DNA of 64,000 bases from an uncultured virus (IMG/VR IMGVR_UViG_3300029305_005079) (lineage: Duplodnaviria; Heunggongvirae; Uroviricota; Caudoviricetes). Below, in pieces: positions 1-9,814 of this stretch. A program made the translations under genes and the position numbers. The stretch is taken from IMG/VR virus record IMGVR_UViG_3300029305_005079; one strand, written 5' to 3'. Position 1 is the stretch's first letter. The number at the start of each line of letters is the position of its first letter. The notes beneath the pieces are model-generated. The model saw nothing but the letters and a program-made list of their open reading frames with translations. It was not told the DNA's origin and did not search any database.

Positions 1-169
1 TAGCTTCCAATGATGCCTAACCTCTAATTTATCATCACCCCCCCCCCGTGACAGGGTCGCCATTACACAGTGCCCATTTCTCACCAAGGGAATCTCTTGC
101 TGAAAGTCTTATTGTTCCGATCTTAGCCCCGTCACCGGAGTTTGCTCGGCTTAAAATTCCATTTCCCAT
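1..169 (-). CDS. 5' part of a tail-collar/tail-fibre-like gene, frameshifted at a G10 tract (runs off the window if frame is restored)
   Basis: RBS GGAGGT, then ATG at 169: MGNGILSRANSGDGAKIGTIRLSARDSLGEKWALCNGDPVTGGG*. IGTI...WALCNG resembles the tail-collar motif. The stop follows G10 (38-47) directly; G9 or G12 keeps the frame open to the window edge. Confidence 0.55.
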
Positions 170-207
170 TAGAAATACCTCCTAAATAAATTTAAAAAAA
201 AATAATA

Positions 208-234
208 GTGGTATGATATACAATATCATACCAC
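208..234 (-). terminator. intrinsic terminator-like hairpin
   Basis: 12-bp stem GTGGTATGATAT/ATATCATACCAC followed by a U9 tract on the minus strand. Confidence 0.65.
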
Positions 235-322
235 CAACCATTTATCTAAATGTTGAAAAGATATAAATATGTAATTTTATATTAAATTTTGGATTATAAA
301 CATATACCCCCCCCCGATTAAA

Positions 323-334
323 AACATCTTATTA
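323..334 (+). promoter_or_regulatory. late-type promoter AACA-N6-TA, flanked by C9 (307-315) and G10 (343-352)
   Basis: AACATCTTATTA; motif recurs upstream of most structural genes. Confidence 0.6.
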
Positions 335-418
335 ATATATATGGGGGGGGGGCAATTATTGTTGCCCCCTCTTTTTCTTTTCATATACAATAAATATTAA
401 ATGGAGGTTTAAATACTC

Positions 419-1045
419 ATGGTAAATATGTTTGGAAATGTAGCCTTTCTTAATGAAGGAGAACAAGCTGAGGAATATAAAAGAAAGAAAGCGGAAGAGA
501 CTGCTAAGAAAGAGAAGGAAGAGGAAGAGCGAGTTAATAGAAGGTTTGGAAATCATGGATTTAGAGATGGTGGAGGTCGTAAAGGTATTGAAGATAGATA
601 TAATATGGGTACAGAAACAGAGCATGATATAGAAGATAATCATCGGTTTATTAATGCTAATAAGGCTGTAGTAAGAGATGACTATAAACGGGCTGCTAAT
701 TGGAAAAATACGCCTATGCGTTATACAAAGGCCGATTGGCATTATTCTCAAGATGCTATAGATAAACATATGAGACGACATCCAGAACAATGGGATGGCA
801 ATAAATATATCGGTCTTAGGAAAGAGTCTTCTATTTTTGAATCTGTAACATTCTTAAACGATTCCTCTTTCGAAGATATAAAGAAACAAAGAGAACAATT
901 TCAGCGTAATCATGATGATAGAATGAAATCTGTTAAAGACGCATCGGATTCTTTTAATAAAACAAGAGAAGACGATAATGTAAAATCTGATAATGAAGAA
1001 GAGCTCAATTCTATTAGCGCAAAACTTAAAGCTCTTAAGCAATAA
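419..1045 (+). CDS. charged putative internal head protein (paralog of 2065-2502)
   Basis: RBS GGAGGT. Shares FLNEGEQAEEYKxxKAEE, MRRHPxxW and ESSIFESVxF with the 2065-2502 product. Confidence 0.75.
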   Translation: MVNMFGNVAFLNEGEQAEEYKRKKAEETAKKEKEEEERVNRRFGNHGFRDGGGRKGIEDRYNMGTETEHDIEDNHRFINANKAVVRDDYKRAANWKNTPMRYTKADWHYSQDAIDKHMRRHPEQWDGNKYIGLRKESSIFESVTFLNDSSFEDIKKQREQFQRNHDDRMKSVKDASDSFNKTREDDNVKSDNEEELNSISAKLKALKQ

Positions 1046-1050
1046 ATATT

Positions 1051-1080
1051 TAGCACCATACCAAAATAGGTATGGTGCTA
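1051..1080. terminator. bidirectional terminator hairpin
   Basis: TAGCACCATACC/GGTATGGTGCTA between convergent genes. Confidence 0.75.
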
Positions 1081-1083
1081 ATA

Positions 1084-1956
1084 TTAATCTTTATTAAAGA
1101 AATTTTGTACTTTACATTTAATCTTATTATAAGTCTCTTCAAACCAGTTGATGATTTTGCTAAAGAGCTTATAGAAGAAGTCTTTTACTTTATTAGTATC
1201 TTTATTCTTCATATCTTTATCATCTCTAATATCAAGATCGGTAATCCCCCAAACTTCTACAAAAGGATCAAAGAAAGAGTAAACAGCTCTACCGCCATTA
1301 CCCCAGTTTTCACCCCAAGAGTTTTGGATTAACCAACCATCTTTATTCCAGCCATAAACCATTACGCAATGCAATCCAATGCTAGAATTGAATTTGCTCT
1401 TAATTACATGAGTATCTTTATCGACAGTAAAATCGCTATGCCATCTAATAGATACCATAAGAGGCCCATATTCGAGAAGAGCTTTCTTCATATTATACTG
1501 GAGCTCTTCTTTATCGATAGAGAAATAAGTAGTAATCTTATTATTAGAATCGGTAGCCCAAGAAGTTCTAGTATTAAAGAGATTAATAATCGCAGGAACT
1601 TCCTCATTATAAGGGAATTCTCTATGAGTACAAACCCCTCTCTTTTGAAGTGTCTTAAGAGCATCTCTTAGATACATTCCTGGACCGGTATATGTATATC
1701 TGCATCCATAAATGTATCCAACCGATAACAAATCATGATAGTCGCAGTATCTTGCATTAAAATACTCTTCTATTGAAGTTGCTACATGAGCAACACACGA
1801 GTTAATTGTACCCTGATCTTTGATAGACGGAGGAGTAAGGGCGAAACTTTCAGGCAGTTCAATCTGCTTGCCAGTAACCGATGCTGGCGAATATTTATAG
1901 TCTCGCAAATCGACCTTGGGCTCTAAAGCTCCAAAGCCAGGTGTTAAATTGATCAT
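1084..1956 (-). CDS. papain-like C1 cysteine peptidase
   Basis: DQGTINSCVA (Gln/Cys), GLHCVMVYGW (His), QNSWGENWG (Asn). Confidence 0.9.
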   Translation of the reverse strand: MINLTPGFGALEPKVDLRDYKYSPASVTGKQIELPESFALTPPSIKDQGTINSCVAHVATSIEEYFNARYCDYHDLLSVGYIYGCRYTYTGPGMYLRDALKTLQKRGVCTHREFPYNEEVPAIINLFNTRTSWATDSNNKITTYFSIDKEELQYNMKKALLEYGPLMVSIRWHSDFTVDKDTHVIKSKFNSSIGLHCVMVYGWNKDGWLIQNSWGENWGNGGRAVYSFFDPFVEVWGITDLDIRDDKDMKNKDTNKVKDFFYKLFSKIINWFEETYNKIKCKVQNFFNKD

Positions 1957-2027
1957 AATAAGTCCTCCTTATTATAGTGTATTTGTACATTGAGAATGTA
2001 CATTTACTTATAAGTTGAGATAAAAGA

Positions 2028-2061
2028 AAAAGACCTAGATCGAGCAAGATCTAGGTCTTTT
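2028..2061 (-). terminator. intrinsic terminator
   Basis: AAAAGACCTAGATC/GATCTAGGTCTTTT inverted repeat after the 2065 stop. Confidence 0.7.
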
Positions 2062-2064
2062 ATA

Positions 2065-2502
2065 TTAAATAAATTTTACAGATTCGAAAATAGAAGACTC
2101 GCGTTTTGTGCTAATTCTATCAGAGTCGTGTTCTTTCTTCCACCTATCGGGATGGCGACGCATATCTTTATTGATAGTATCAAAATCCCGATTAAAGTTG
2201 CTATTTGGATTGTTTCTATTTTTATTGGCAACATAGGCTGCAGCGCTTGCACGACGCTCATCTTCGCCCATTTTATCTGTATATCTATCTTGTTCAGAAT
2301 CCGACATATCAGAGAATTTCTTATCTGTATGTCTTTGATTTCCTACAAAGCGATGATGTTGATCTTCCTCAAGACCTCCATACCTACGTTCTTCTCTTTC
2401 TTTCTCTTCTTGCTCTTTTTTAGCAGCCTCTTCCGCTTTTCTCTTTTTATATTCTTCAGCCTGTTCGCCTTCATTGAGAAAATTAATATAATTAAATAGC
2501 AT
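2065..2502 (-). CDS. charged putative internal head protein (paralog of 419-1045); start re-called to 2502
   Basis: ATG at 2502 has a GGGGG RBS and late promoter 2530-2541; shares motifs with 419-1045. Confidence 0.75.
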   Translation of the reverse strand: MLFNYINFLNEGEQAEEYKKRKAEEAAKKEQEEKEREERRYGGLEEDQHHRFVGNQRHTDKKFSDMSDSEQDRYTDKMGEDERRASAAAYVANKNRNNPNSNFNRDFDTINKDMRRHPDRWKKEHDSDRISTKRESSIFESVKFI

Positions 2503-2671
2503 TGCATTTATCCCCCTATATGTGAGTATTATTTTTTTGTTATGAGGGGGGGGGTAAATGCATCTAAAAACGAGGTTTTTGAGACGAAAATTATTAAATT
2601 CATGTGAGGGTGCGGGTGCGGGTGATAACAAATTAGTAAATATAAATTTATATTAAAGGAGATGTATACTC

Positions 2672-3328
2672 ATGAGAAATAGAAACATTTTTGAATCTGT
2701 CAACTTTTTAAATGAAACTGCAGAAGAAATTTTTATCGAATTTGATATTGATCTTGCTGAAGACGAAGCTCTTAATGAACAGCAAGTTCTGCTTAAATTT
2801 ATGGATAAAGATCAGATTACTGACGATTTTAAAGAAGAAGCTCTTAAGATCGCTAAATATATGGAAGAGAAGCTTGGTAAGAAAGCTTCTGAAGGTGCTC
2901 TTGCAGCAGGAGTTAAGGCTGGTTTCGGTATTAGAATCAATAATGCTGTAAAGAAGATTGAGAAGAAACCCGTAAAGAAGGTATATACTCTTAATCTTAA
3001 TTATAGAGCTATGACCAAGGCTGCTGGAACAAGTAAGGGCTTTATCGTAGACAGCCTTGTCAATGTATACGATACTATTGCAGATTTCGTAGAAGATACT
3101 GCAAAACATTTTGGATATAAGAAACTTCCTGTAAAGCAGGGTAGAAATACTTTTGCTGTAGATTCTTATGTTAAAGATGGTAAGAATGGTGCTATGTACA
3201 ATATCGATTGTGCTCTTACTGGAAGTAATATCGTAAATATGTATATCAGATGTCTTAAGAATACTGAAGAAAATAAGGCTTGTCTTGTTGGTGGGGTAGA
3301 ATACTACGATAAAGATAAGAAGGACTAA
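2672..3328 (+). CDS. putative virion/internal head protein
   Basis: RBS AAGGAG; late promoter 2627-2638; N-terminal IFESVNFLNE shared with neighbours. Confidence 0.7.
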   Translation: MRNRNIFESVNFLNETAEEIFIEFDIDLAEDEALNEQQVLLKFMDKDQITDDFKEEALKIAKYMEEKLGKKASEGALAAGVKAGFGIRINNAVKKIEKKPVKKVYTLNLNYRAMTKAAGTSKGFIVDSLVNVYDTIADFVEDTAKHFGYKKLPVKQGRNTFAVDSYVKDGKNGAMYNIDCALTGSNIVNMYIRCLKNTEENKACLVGGVEYYDKDKKD

Positions 3329-3337
3329 AAAAAGTAA

Positions 3338-3368
3338 TAACCGAAGAGGATCATCTCCTCTTCGGTTA
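3338..3368. terminator. bidirectional terminator
   Basis: TAACCGAAGAGGA/TCCTCTTCGGTTA between convergent genes. Confidence 0.75.
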
Positions 3369-3374
3369 TATTAT

Positions 3375-4583
3375 TTATTTAAGTAGCATTTCGATATATT
3401 TCTCGATTACAAAAATCGTAATTGCTAGAGCATAGAAACACTCAAGATTATCCATAAAGTCTACAGATTTTACCAAGTTCAATATATTGCCACGAATAAA
3501 GTCTTTATTATTGTTGAAATAAGAAATCCAAAGATTATAAAGCTCTTTATCATTTCCTTTTTCATACAGCTCTCCAGACTTAATATGATCAATAATATCT
3601 GTATTAACAACTTGGAATCTTATAGCCCAAGGATGCTTATCATTATAATTTACGGCATAGTAATATTCCATTCTTGTAGCAAAGAGAGAGTTGATATCAT
3701 CAATCATTTCTGCTGTAGCGAGATTCTTACAATTTATAACCTGTCTACCGGCCTCTTCTAAAGAATAGAAAAAGGTTTTTGTATAATCCATTCCGAAAGT
3801 TTTATTAGTAGCTGTAGCATGAGCTACATGGTAATACTTATCACCATAACTCAGCACCTTATTTCTAATAAAGAACTCTATCATAAATGGGTCATACATA
3901 TTCCAACCATCATGATTATATGTAAACGTTTGCACAGAAGAGTTGAAGAAAAGATTATCAAAACAAATGATAAGATATTCAACCATATCTTCAAGATTCT
4001 TAATAAGATCAAAATCGCAATCCTGAATAACCGTTTTGAAATCTGTACCAATATTATTTACAATAAAATTGAAAGATTTTTCAACCTGTTTATCTAAACT
4101 TTCTTCGGTATAGTTTTCTGGACATATGCTATATTCAACTTTATAAATATTAGCTCCTGAATCAAGCGTATCTGGGGTTACTCCATTAATCTTAAAAAGA
4201 TTCTTTTCTTTAAGATAATTGATCTTAAAATAATCTCCAGGTCTAGGAGTAATTGTATTAGGAAGAATGATAGCATCTCCCGCAATAGCTCCTGCTTCAA
4301 CACCACTATCTCCTACATCATATTCTGTGGAGATTGAGTCAATACCATATATAATAAAATCTTTAATTTTATTAAATTTGAATGGGGAATCATTGCCGAT
4401 ATTAGATCCATTAAGCCCAGAAGCTTCATCGAGAGTAGACTTTTCTATATTTTGTGTATAATAAACAACTCTTGTAGGTTGTTCATTAGAGAATATATAA
4501 TACGGGTTATTGATTTTAGACTTACTAGTGTCTACTAGTTTATCTATAGTGCTTATATATTTAGTATCACTAAACTTTCCCAT
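3375..4583 (-). CDS. conserved jumbo-phage virion structural protein (possibly neck/head-closure); start re-called to 4583
   Basis: RBS GGAGGTG before ATG 4583; late promoter 4610-4621; ILPNTITPRPGDYF motif. Confidence 0.6.
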   Translation of the reverse strand: MGKFSDTKYISTIDKLVDTSKSKINNPYYIFSNEQPTRVVYYTQNIEKSTLDEASGLNGSNIGNDSPFKFNKIKDFIIYGIDSISTEYDVGDSGVEAGAIAGDAIILPNTITPRPGDYFKINYLKEKNLFKINGVTPDTLDSGANIYKVEYSICPENYTEESLDKQVEKSFNFIVNNIGTDFKTVIQDCDFDLIKNLEDMVEYLIICFDNLFFNSSVQTFTYNHDGWNMYDPFMIEFFIRNKVLSYGDKYYHVAHATATNKTFGMDYTKTFFYSLEEAGRQVINCKNLATAEMIDDINSLFATRMEYYYAVNYNDKHPWAIRFQVVNTDIIDHIKSGELYEKGNDKELYNLWISYFNNNKDFIRGNILNLVKSVDFMDNLECFYALAITIFVIEKYIEMLLK

Positions 4584-4681
4584 TATAGACACCTCCATGA
4601 TATTATAATTATTAATAAGTTGAGACAAACTATATATGCAAAAAAAAATAAAAGAGGCTCGCAAATAAGCCTCTTTTATTT

Positions 4682-5140
4682 TTATTTGATATTTATATGG
4701 ATTACATTAAATCTAGTGCTTACTTTTTCGCTATTAGGCTCGATACAATCAAATTTATATTCTACAATTATTGAATCATCATTGAACTGAATGGTTATCC
4801 GTTTAGCATTAGCAGCAATTAATCTATTTAAAAGTTCTCTATCGATAGAATGGTCTAATCTGATCACATTTACCAGATTGGTAGGAGTCATAACTATCTC
4901 TTTTACATGATTTTCTTTAGCATAATCTAAATCGATATTAGATGTAGAATTATCTGCACGTATAGATACGAGGCCTTCCATATCATCTACATAATAATGT
5001 GCTGAGAATTCATTATAGATTGGAATATGCTCGCATTTTAACTCTTTATCAAGGTTTATCATAGTTATAGACTTACGAACTCCATCCATGTCTGTAAAAT
5101 CTATAAGATATTTTACATGGTCAATCAACATCTTAATCAA
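4682..5140 (-). CDS. hypothetical protein
   Basis: ORF overlapping the upstream stop in an operon. Confidence 0.65.
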   Translation of the reverse strand: MIKMLIDHVKYLIDFTDMDGVRKSITMINLDKELKCEHIPIYNEFSAHYYVDDMEGLVSIRADNSTSNIDLDYAKENHVKEIVMTPTNLVNVIRLDHSIDRELLNRLIAANAKRITIQFNDDSIIVEYKFDCIEPNSEKVSTRFNVIHINIK

Positions 5141-5748
5141 CCCTCCCCATCTATAGGATGTTTAAAATAGTCTCCAGTATAAAAATGCTCGACAATATCT
5201 TCATATTTTACAGATAATTGTTCTCCGCTTTTAAGATGCAATACAACACCATCTGCAAAAGAGTCGCATCCAAGAACTGTAGTAAACGGCTGCTTCTCTA
5301 AAAGTCTTGTATGAAGTTCTGTAGCTTGAGCAAACTCGTCATACCCGAAACCTCTATTACCTTTGCACTGGATGAGATGAGTTGTAGGAAGAACGATTTC
5401 ATCATCCACGATAATGTAATTTTCAACCTCGGGATGTTCCTGTATATATTCAGCTACAGCTTTTGATCTTCCTAAGCTTTTGTTCACACATCCCAAAATT
5501 TCAATACCCTCTCTTAAGCCTCCGTTAATAAGGCATTCTTTCCAAGTATCAGTCAATCTAGTCCAAGAGCTCGTAACTACTATTTTATAATCATATTTTT
5601 CACAAAACTCAGAAATCCATTGGCATGCTTGATAGTCATTAACTTTATTATCTTTAGGGGTTCCATAATTAGCTCTTTCCCCATTATGCCCCCATATAAT
5701 ATTATTAACTACGCCATCATAATCTAGAAATAAAATATTCATAGTCAT
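5137..5748 (-). CDS. HAD-superfamily phosphatase-like protein (RNA-repair HAD type)
   Basis: LFLDYDGVVN (DxD), IVVTSSW, YIIVDDE. Confidence 0.8.
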   Translation of the reverse strand: MTMNILFLDYDGVVNNIIWGHNGERANYGTPKDNKVNDYQACQWISEFCEKYDYKIVVTSSWTRLTDTWKECLINGGLREGIEILGCVNKSLGRSKAVAEYIQEHPEVENYIIVDDEIVLPTTHLIQCKGNRGFGYDEFAQATELHTRLLEKQPFTTVLGCDSFADGVVLHLKSGEQLSVKYEDIVEHFYTGDYFKHPIDGEG

Positions 5749-5963
5749 TATCCTTTCTTAATAATTTTAGGACGATTTCCTCCTGATACAATATACATAT
5801 CATCAAGTCTTCGTATGGTCATGTATCTCATTATAGATTTCGTAAGCGTTTCCTCATCGCTAAAGTAAGGACCTCCAGGATCCCCACCATGATCGATAGC
5901 AGCATCTATAATTCTATTCAAAGCTTCTATTTCTTCATTTACCGCAGTTTCTTTATTTTTCAT
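5748..5963 (-). CDS. hypothetical protein
   Basis: coupled ORF with HGGDPGGPY motif. Confidence 0.65.
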   Translation of the reverse strand: MKNKETAVNEEIEALNRIIDAAIDHGGDPGGPYFSDEETLTKSIMRYMTIRRLDDMYIVSGGNRPKIIKKG

Positions 5964-7006
5964 ATTTTTGTCACCCCATCAATTATTTTATCCATAGTAA
6001 CACCATAATCTTTTTCATTAGGAGTCAAATTTCTATGCACATAGCATTGAACTCTAAATGGTGCTACCATATTTTTTATTACTATCATCTCTTTATGCTC
6101 AATATCTAAATCTGGATATAGATGAAGATTAAATCCATTAAATCCATATTGAGATATAAAGAGTTTAACAAGATTTAGATATGATTTTCCTGCAATTGCA
6201 GAATATATCGCATTGCCACCTATAGGAGCTACATGCATATATATCGACAATATATCAAAAGCTCCCTCGGCAATATGAATATCTAAAGGTAATGTGGTAT
6301 TTATAATTCCAGGAATTATATAATTTTTCATACCATCATTTCTACCTAAGATATTATAATTAAGATACCTTGTATCTATCTCTTTAGGTAATTTCTCTTC
6401 TGGGATAAGCCGTCTAAGAATTACATACTTATTATCTGCAGATAAGAATCCTATAAAGAATTTATCTAGAAGGTCCACATGCTCGGGCCTTCTAGTATAC
6501 TTTTCGATTCTATTAATATCTAAAAAGTCCTTCAAATTCAATATAATTTTAAATTTAGCAGCATCATTGCTAGTAAATACATGTCCTAATCTATTAGATA
6601 AATAAGCTAATTTCTTTTGTGCAAATTCATTATTTGATATAGGTATAACGATATTTCTAAGATAGGAAGCTGTACTCAGACTACCGAATTTAGCCGAATT
6701 AGCCTCAGACATCTTTCGATTTTGCTCTGTACATAGATTCATTAACCCTACATCAAAGCACTCCATATCTCTTAAAAACTTACCATCTACCAGTCCAGAT
6801 GAATTACATTTAAAGCAATTATATTTTATAAGTCCATCCTTGAGACCTATATAAAGATGTCGAGCAGAGGGATCTCTAGAATCCCCACAAAAATGACATC
6901 TTTTTACGATTTCTTTTCCACCACTTGCAAGTTTAGCATTGTGTTCATGAATCATATATTCTTTTAAAGCTTCAAAAGCTTCATTGACTTCTTGAGGTCG
7001 ACTCAT
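5960..7006 (-). CDS. DNA primase (Zn-finger + TOPRIM)
   Basis: RCHFCGDS...YNCFKC; IAEGAFD and YPDLD TOPRIM motifs. Confidence 0.85.
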   Translation of the reverse strand: MSRPQEVNEAFEALKEYMIHEHNAKLASGGKEIVKRCHFCGDSRDPSARHLYIGLKDGLIKYNCFKCNSSGLVDGKFLRDMECFDVGLMNLCTEQNRKMSEANSAKFGSLSTASYLRNIVIPISNNEFAQKKLAYLSNRLGHVFTSNDAAKFKIILNLKDFLDINRIEKYTRRPEHVDLLDKFFIGFLSADNKYVILRRLIPEEKLPKEIDTRYLNYNILGRNDGMKNYIIPGIINTTLPLDIHIAEGAFDILSIYMHVAPIGGNAIYSAIAGKSYLNLVKLFISQYGFNGFNLHLYPDLDIEHKEMIVIKNMVAPFRVQCYVHRNLTPNEKDYGVTMDKIIDGVTKI

Positions 7007-7026
7007 ATCGATCCCTCCTTTCTATA

Positions 7027-7287
7027 TTACTTTTCTGTGACTTCGATATTAGGACCGCACCAAATATATACTAAATACTCACCATTATTTTCGAGAGTGA
7101 TGCATACGTTTGGATTATTAGCCACATTTGTTTCAAGAATTTCTGCTAATTCTGTATCTCTAAGATCGACCTTAGAGATGGATCGCCTTACAATTTCTAT
7201 AAGACGATATCCTTCGATAGTTCCTCTGTTGATAATCTCTTTGATAATTATATTATAAGCTTCTTGAATGATATTAGGTCTTGCCAT
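7027..7287 (-). CDS. hypothetical protein
   Basis: coupled ORF with RBS. Confidence 0.6.
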   Translation of the reverse strand: MARPNIIQEAYNIIIKEIINRGTIEGYRLIEIVRRSISKVDLRDTELAEILETNVANNPNVCITLENNGEYLVYIWCGPNIEVTEK

Positions 7288-7721
7288 TAATTAGATCCTC
7301 CTTTATTTACACGTGGCAAACAAAGAGCCCATCTATAAAGAGTTCCCATAGCCTCTAAGATTTGAGTCCATCTATCAGTATGTGTAGTATAAATTCTCCT
7401 AATACAAGCTTTATATAAAGGACTATTATTATCGCATTGATCAAATTTAAAGCCTGCAGGTAATTTAAAACCATTATTTACAAGCGTTATAGCATCATCT
7501 TCAAATGCTATATATGCATTGTTAGGGTCTATAGCTTCTCCATCATACTCCATTTGACAAATATGTCCAGAACAGCATGATACTGGTTTAAAACCCTTTT
7601 CTATAAGAATAGAAATTACAGGTTGCATCATTTCATCTACTTCGATCGCATTAGTCAATTCGTGATCTGATTTAACCATATTTCCATCTTTTAAAATATA
7701 GTATTTGTTAAAAGTTGTCAT
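7287..7721 (-). CDS. hypothetical protein, paralog of 7728-8396
   Basis: EVDEMMQPVISILIEKGFKPVSCCSGH. Confidence 0.7.
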   Translation of the reverse strand: MTTFNKYYILKDGNMVKSDHELTNAIEVDEMMQPVISILIEKGFKPVSCCSGHICQMEYDGEAIDPNNAYIAFEDDAITLVNNGFKLPAGFKFDQCDNNSPLYKACIRRIYTTHTDRWTQILEAMGTLYRWALCLPRVNKGGSN

Positions 7722-7727
7722 ATTTAA

Positions 7728-8396
7728 TTAGCTCTCCTGTTTGTTTATATTAAATATATGCTTTTTTACAACATCGAATACTTGATCTGGTATAAAAATA
7801 TAAGAGCCTTTATTATTGTCTAGTGTGACATGGTATAATATAGAATCGTTATTGATAGAAATATGATCTATTATACCTTCACCTCTAATTGTTAAAACGC
7901 GTTCTCCAATATGATACTTTGCTCCAGCTAGTACAACATTTGGTTTATTTTTCTCATTGTCGATACCCATATGATGTAAATTAGGCAAAGAAATAATCCA
8001 ATCGTAAAGAATACGCATAGTATCTAAAATTTGAATATATCTGTCTTTGTTAGATTTATACCGTTTTATAATACGAAAATTGCATATACCGTTATTTATT
8101 TTTTCTAAATAAAACCCATCCGGTATTTTAAATTTATCATCTTCTATCAAATCTGGTATATTATCTTTAAAATCTATATAGCATTTACCATAATCAAATG
8201 ACTTGTCTATATTAGATCTATCGCATACATGTCCGGAACAAGAAAATCTAGGCGTAAATCCTTTATATATAAGAAGCGAAATTATTGGTTGAATAATTTC
8301 ATCGACTTCTATAAAATCAGATCCTAGTAGACCCATATGATCATCTACTACTGTTCCATCAAATACAGATATGAATCGCTTACATTCATATATCAT
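7728..8396 (-). CDS. hypothetical protein, paralog of 7287-7721 with an extra C-terminal domain
   Basis: EVDEIIQPIISLLIYKGFTPRFSCSGH. Confidence 0.7.
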   Translation of the reverse strand: MIYECKRFISVFDGTVVDDHMGLLGSDFIEVDEIIQPIISLLIYKGFTPRFSCSGHVCDRSNIDKSFDYGKCYIDFKDNIPDLIEDDKFKIPDGFYLEKINNGICNFRIIKRYKSNKDRYIQILDTMRILYDWIISLPNLHHMGIDNEKNKPNVVLAGAKYHIGERVLTIRGEGIIDHISINNDSILYHVTLDNNKGSYIFIPDQVFDVVKKHIFNINKQES

Positions 8397-8405
8397 AAAA
8401 ATACC

Positions 8406-9110
8406 TCAAATCTTTTTAATATGAGCAATTGCAATTTCTGCAGGATGCAATCCAATTCTTTCAGATTCATTCTTCAAATATTCTGTAGTAATACCAATTC
8501 CGGCAATTTCGGAGCTAGTTGTACCAAAACCAATAGTGACTGTATTATCATATCTACCAGTTTCTTGATGTTTGCAAATCTTGCAAACAAATCTATATTG
8601 AGGCGGATTAGATGTAAGAACAACTCCATTGTCTACATACATTAATTCACCACAGATGGGGCATTTCTTGTTTGTAATTACAAGATTAGAAGCAGTTGCT
8701 GTTGTAGAATTAGGAAGCTCAGGCTCGAGATCGATAATCATATTAGGAAATTTAGATCTCAAGTATCTAATAGCTTCGATATAAGCGGGAAGAGAATCAT
8801 CTCTTCCATTCTTTTTAGGCTCTCTATATTCAAATGTGGTATTGTATCTAGCAGGATCATCTGGATTAACAGTGCCTTTGATAATAATACTATTATCGGA
8901 AATGAGTCTTTGAATAGCTGTCTCACAATCACGAACCGTACAATCTGCTACTCGTAGGCCGATTTCAAGTACAAGTCTTGCAAATTCTACATGTTTTTCT
9001 TTTCTAATGTATTGCTTTGCAATATTATAAAGAGTTTCGATTTTATCATTTACAATACCTTCGATTTTAGCATTGCTATGACCATATTCTTTTGCATTAA
9101 GGTTTTCCAT
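8406..9110 (-). CDS. hypothetical protein with Zn-ribbon; start likely MENLN at 9110
   Basis: CPICG...LTSNPPQYRFVCKIC; RBS AAGGAG. Confidence 0.65.
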   Translation of the reverse strand: MENLNAKEYGHSNAKIEGIVNDKIETLYNIAKQYIRKEKHVEFARLVLEIGLRVADCTVRDCETAIQRLISDNSIIIKGTVNPDDPARYNTTFEYREPKKNGRDDSLPAYIEAIRYLRSKFPNMIIDLEPELPNSTTATASNLVITNKKCPICGELMYVDNGVVLTSNPPQYRFVCKICKHQETGRYDNTVTIGFGTTSSEIAGIGITTEYLKNESERIGLHPAEIAIAHIKKI

Positions 9111-9127
9111 TTTTATTCTCCTTTGAA

Positions 9128-9394
9128 TTAAAAAGTTTTCTTTTGGAAACAAATCTCATATCCGAGACAGTCCAAATATTTGATAAGAGATTTGAGAGTA
9201 GGATTGCCACCGCTCTCGTTCTCAATATCTGAAATACACTGGACGGAAAGTCCAGTAATCATAGATAGATCTTTCTGAGTAAGATGTTTAATCTTACGAA
9301 GATCTGCAAGCTGCATTTTAGTAAGCCTAGTAGAAATGTACTGCTCAGTAGGATCGGAGAATACCATAGGCTCAATTAGTTCATTATTTTCCAT
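9128..9394 (-). CDS. XRE-family helix-turn-helix protein
   Basis: LRKIKHLTQKDLSMITGLSVQCISDIEN...NPTLKSL. Confidence 0.9.
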   Translation of the reverse strand: MENNELIEPMVFSDPTEQYISTRLTKMQLADLRKIKHLTQKDLSMITGLSVQCISDIENESGGNPTLKSLIKYLDCLGYEICFQKKTF

Positions 9395-9400
9395 ATTCGT

Positions 9401-9814
9401 TTATACGTCTCTCATTTCTTTGCAAAATTTAATCTTTTCCTTAATAGCCCTAAGTCTATTAATAGATTTTGTGATATTTTCGAATTCTGTTTTGTTAAAA
9501 GAATTCTTAATGTCTGGAGTTTCAACCATAGTTGTTAAAGATACTATAGCAAATTCTAAAGCATCTAAATCCATATCATTAAATGATGGGATGTCTGAAG
9601 GAAATCTAATTCCACACATAGAAGCTGGCTCTAATAACCACTCCTCTGATTTGAAATCTTTTCCATTATCAACGTTTCTTACAAGCCATATACTATGGCC
9701 AAAAGGTTTCCATTTTACCCTTTCCAATACAATTACATGAAGCGGTTGTGAATCGTTTTGTTTCATGTAATTCTTTGGATCGAATGTGCAAAACATTCCT
9801 ATTTTGATATTCAT
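9401..9814 (-). CDS. hypothetical protein
   Basis: coupled ORF. Confidence 0.65.
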   Translation of the reverse strand: MNIKIGMFCTFDPKNYMKQNDSQPLHVIVLERVKWKPFGHSIWLVRNVDNGKDFKSEEWLLEPASMCGIRFPSDIPSFNDMDLDALEFAIVSLTTMVETPDIKNSFNKTEFENITKSINRLRAIKEKIKFCKEMRDV

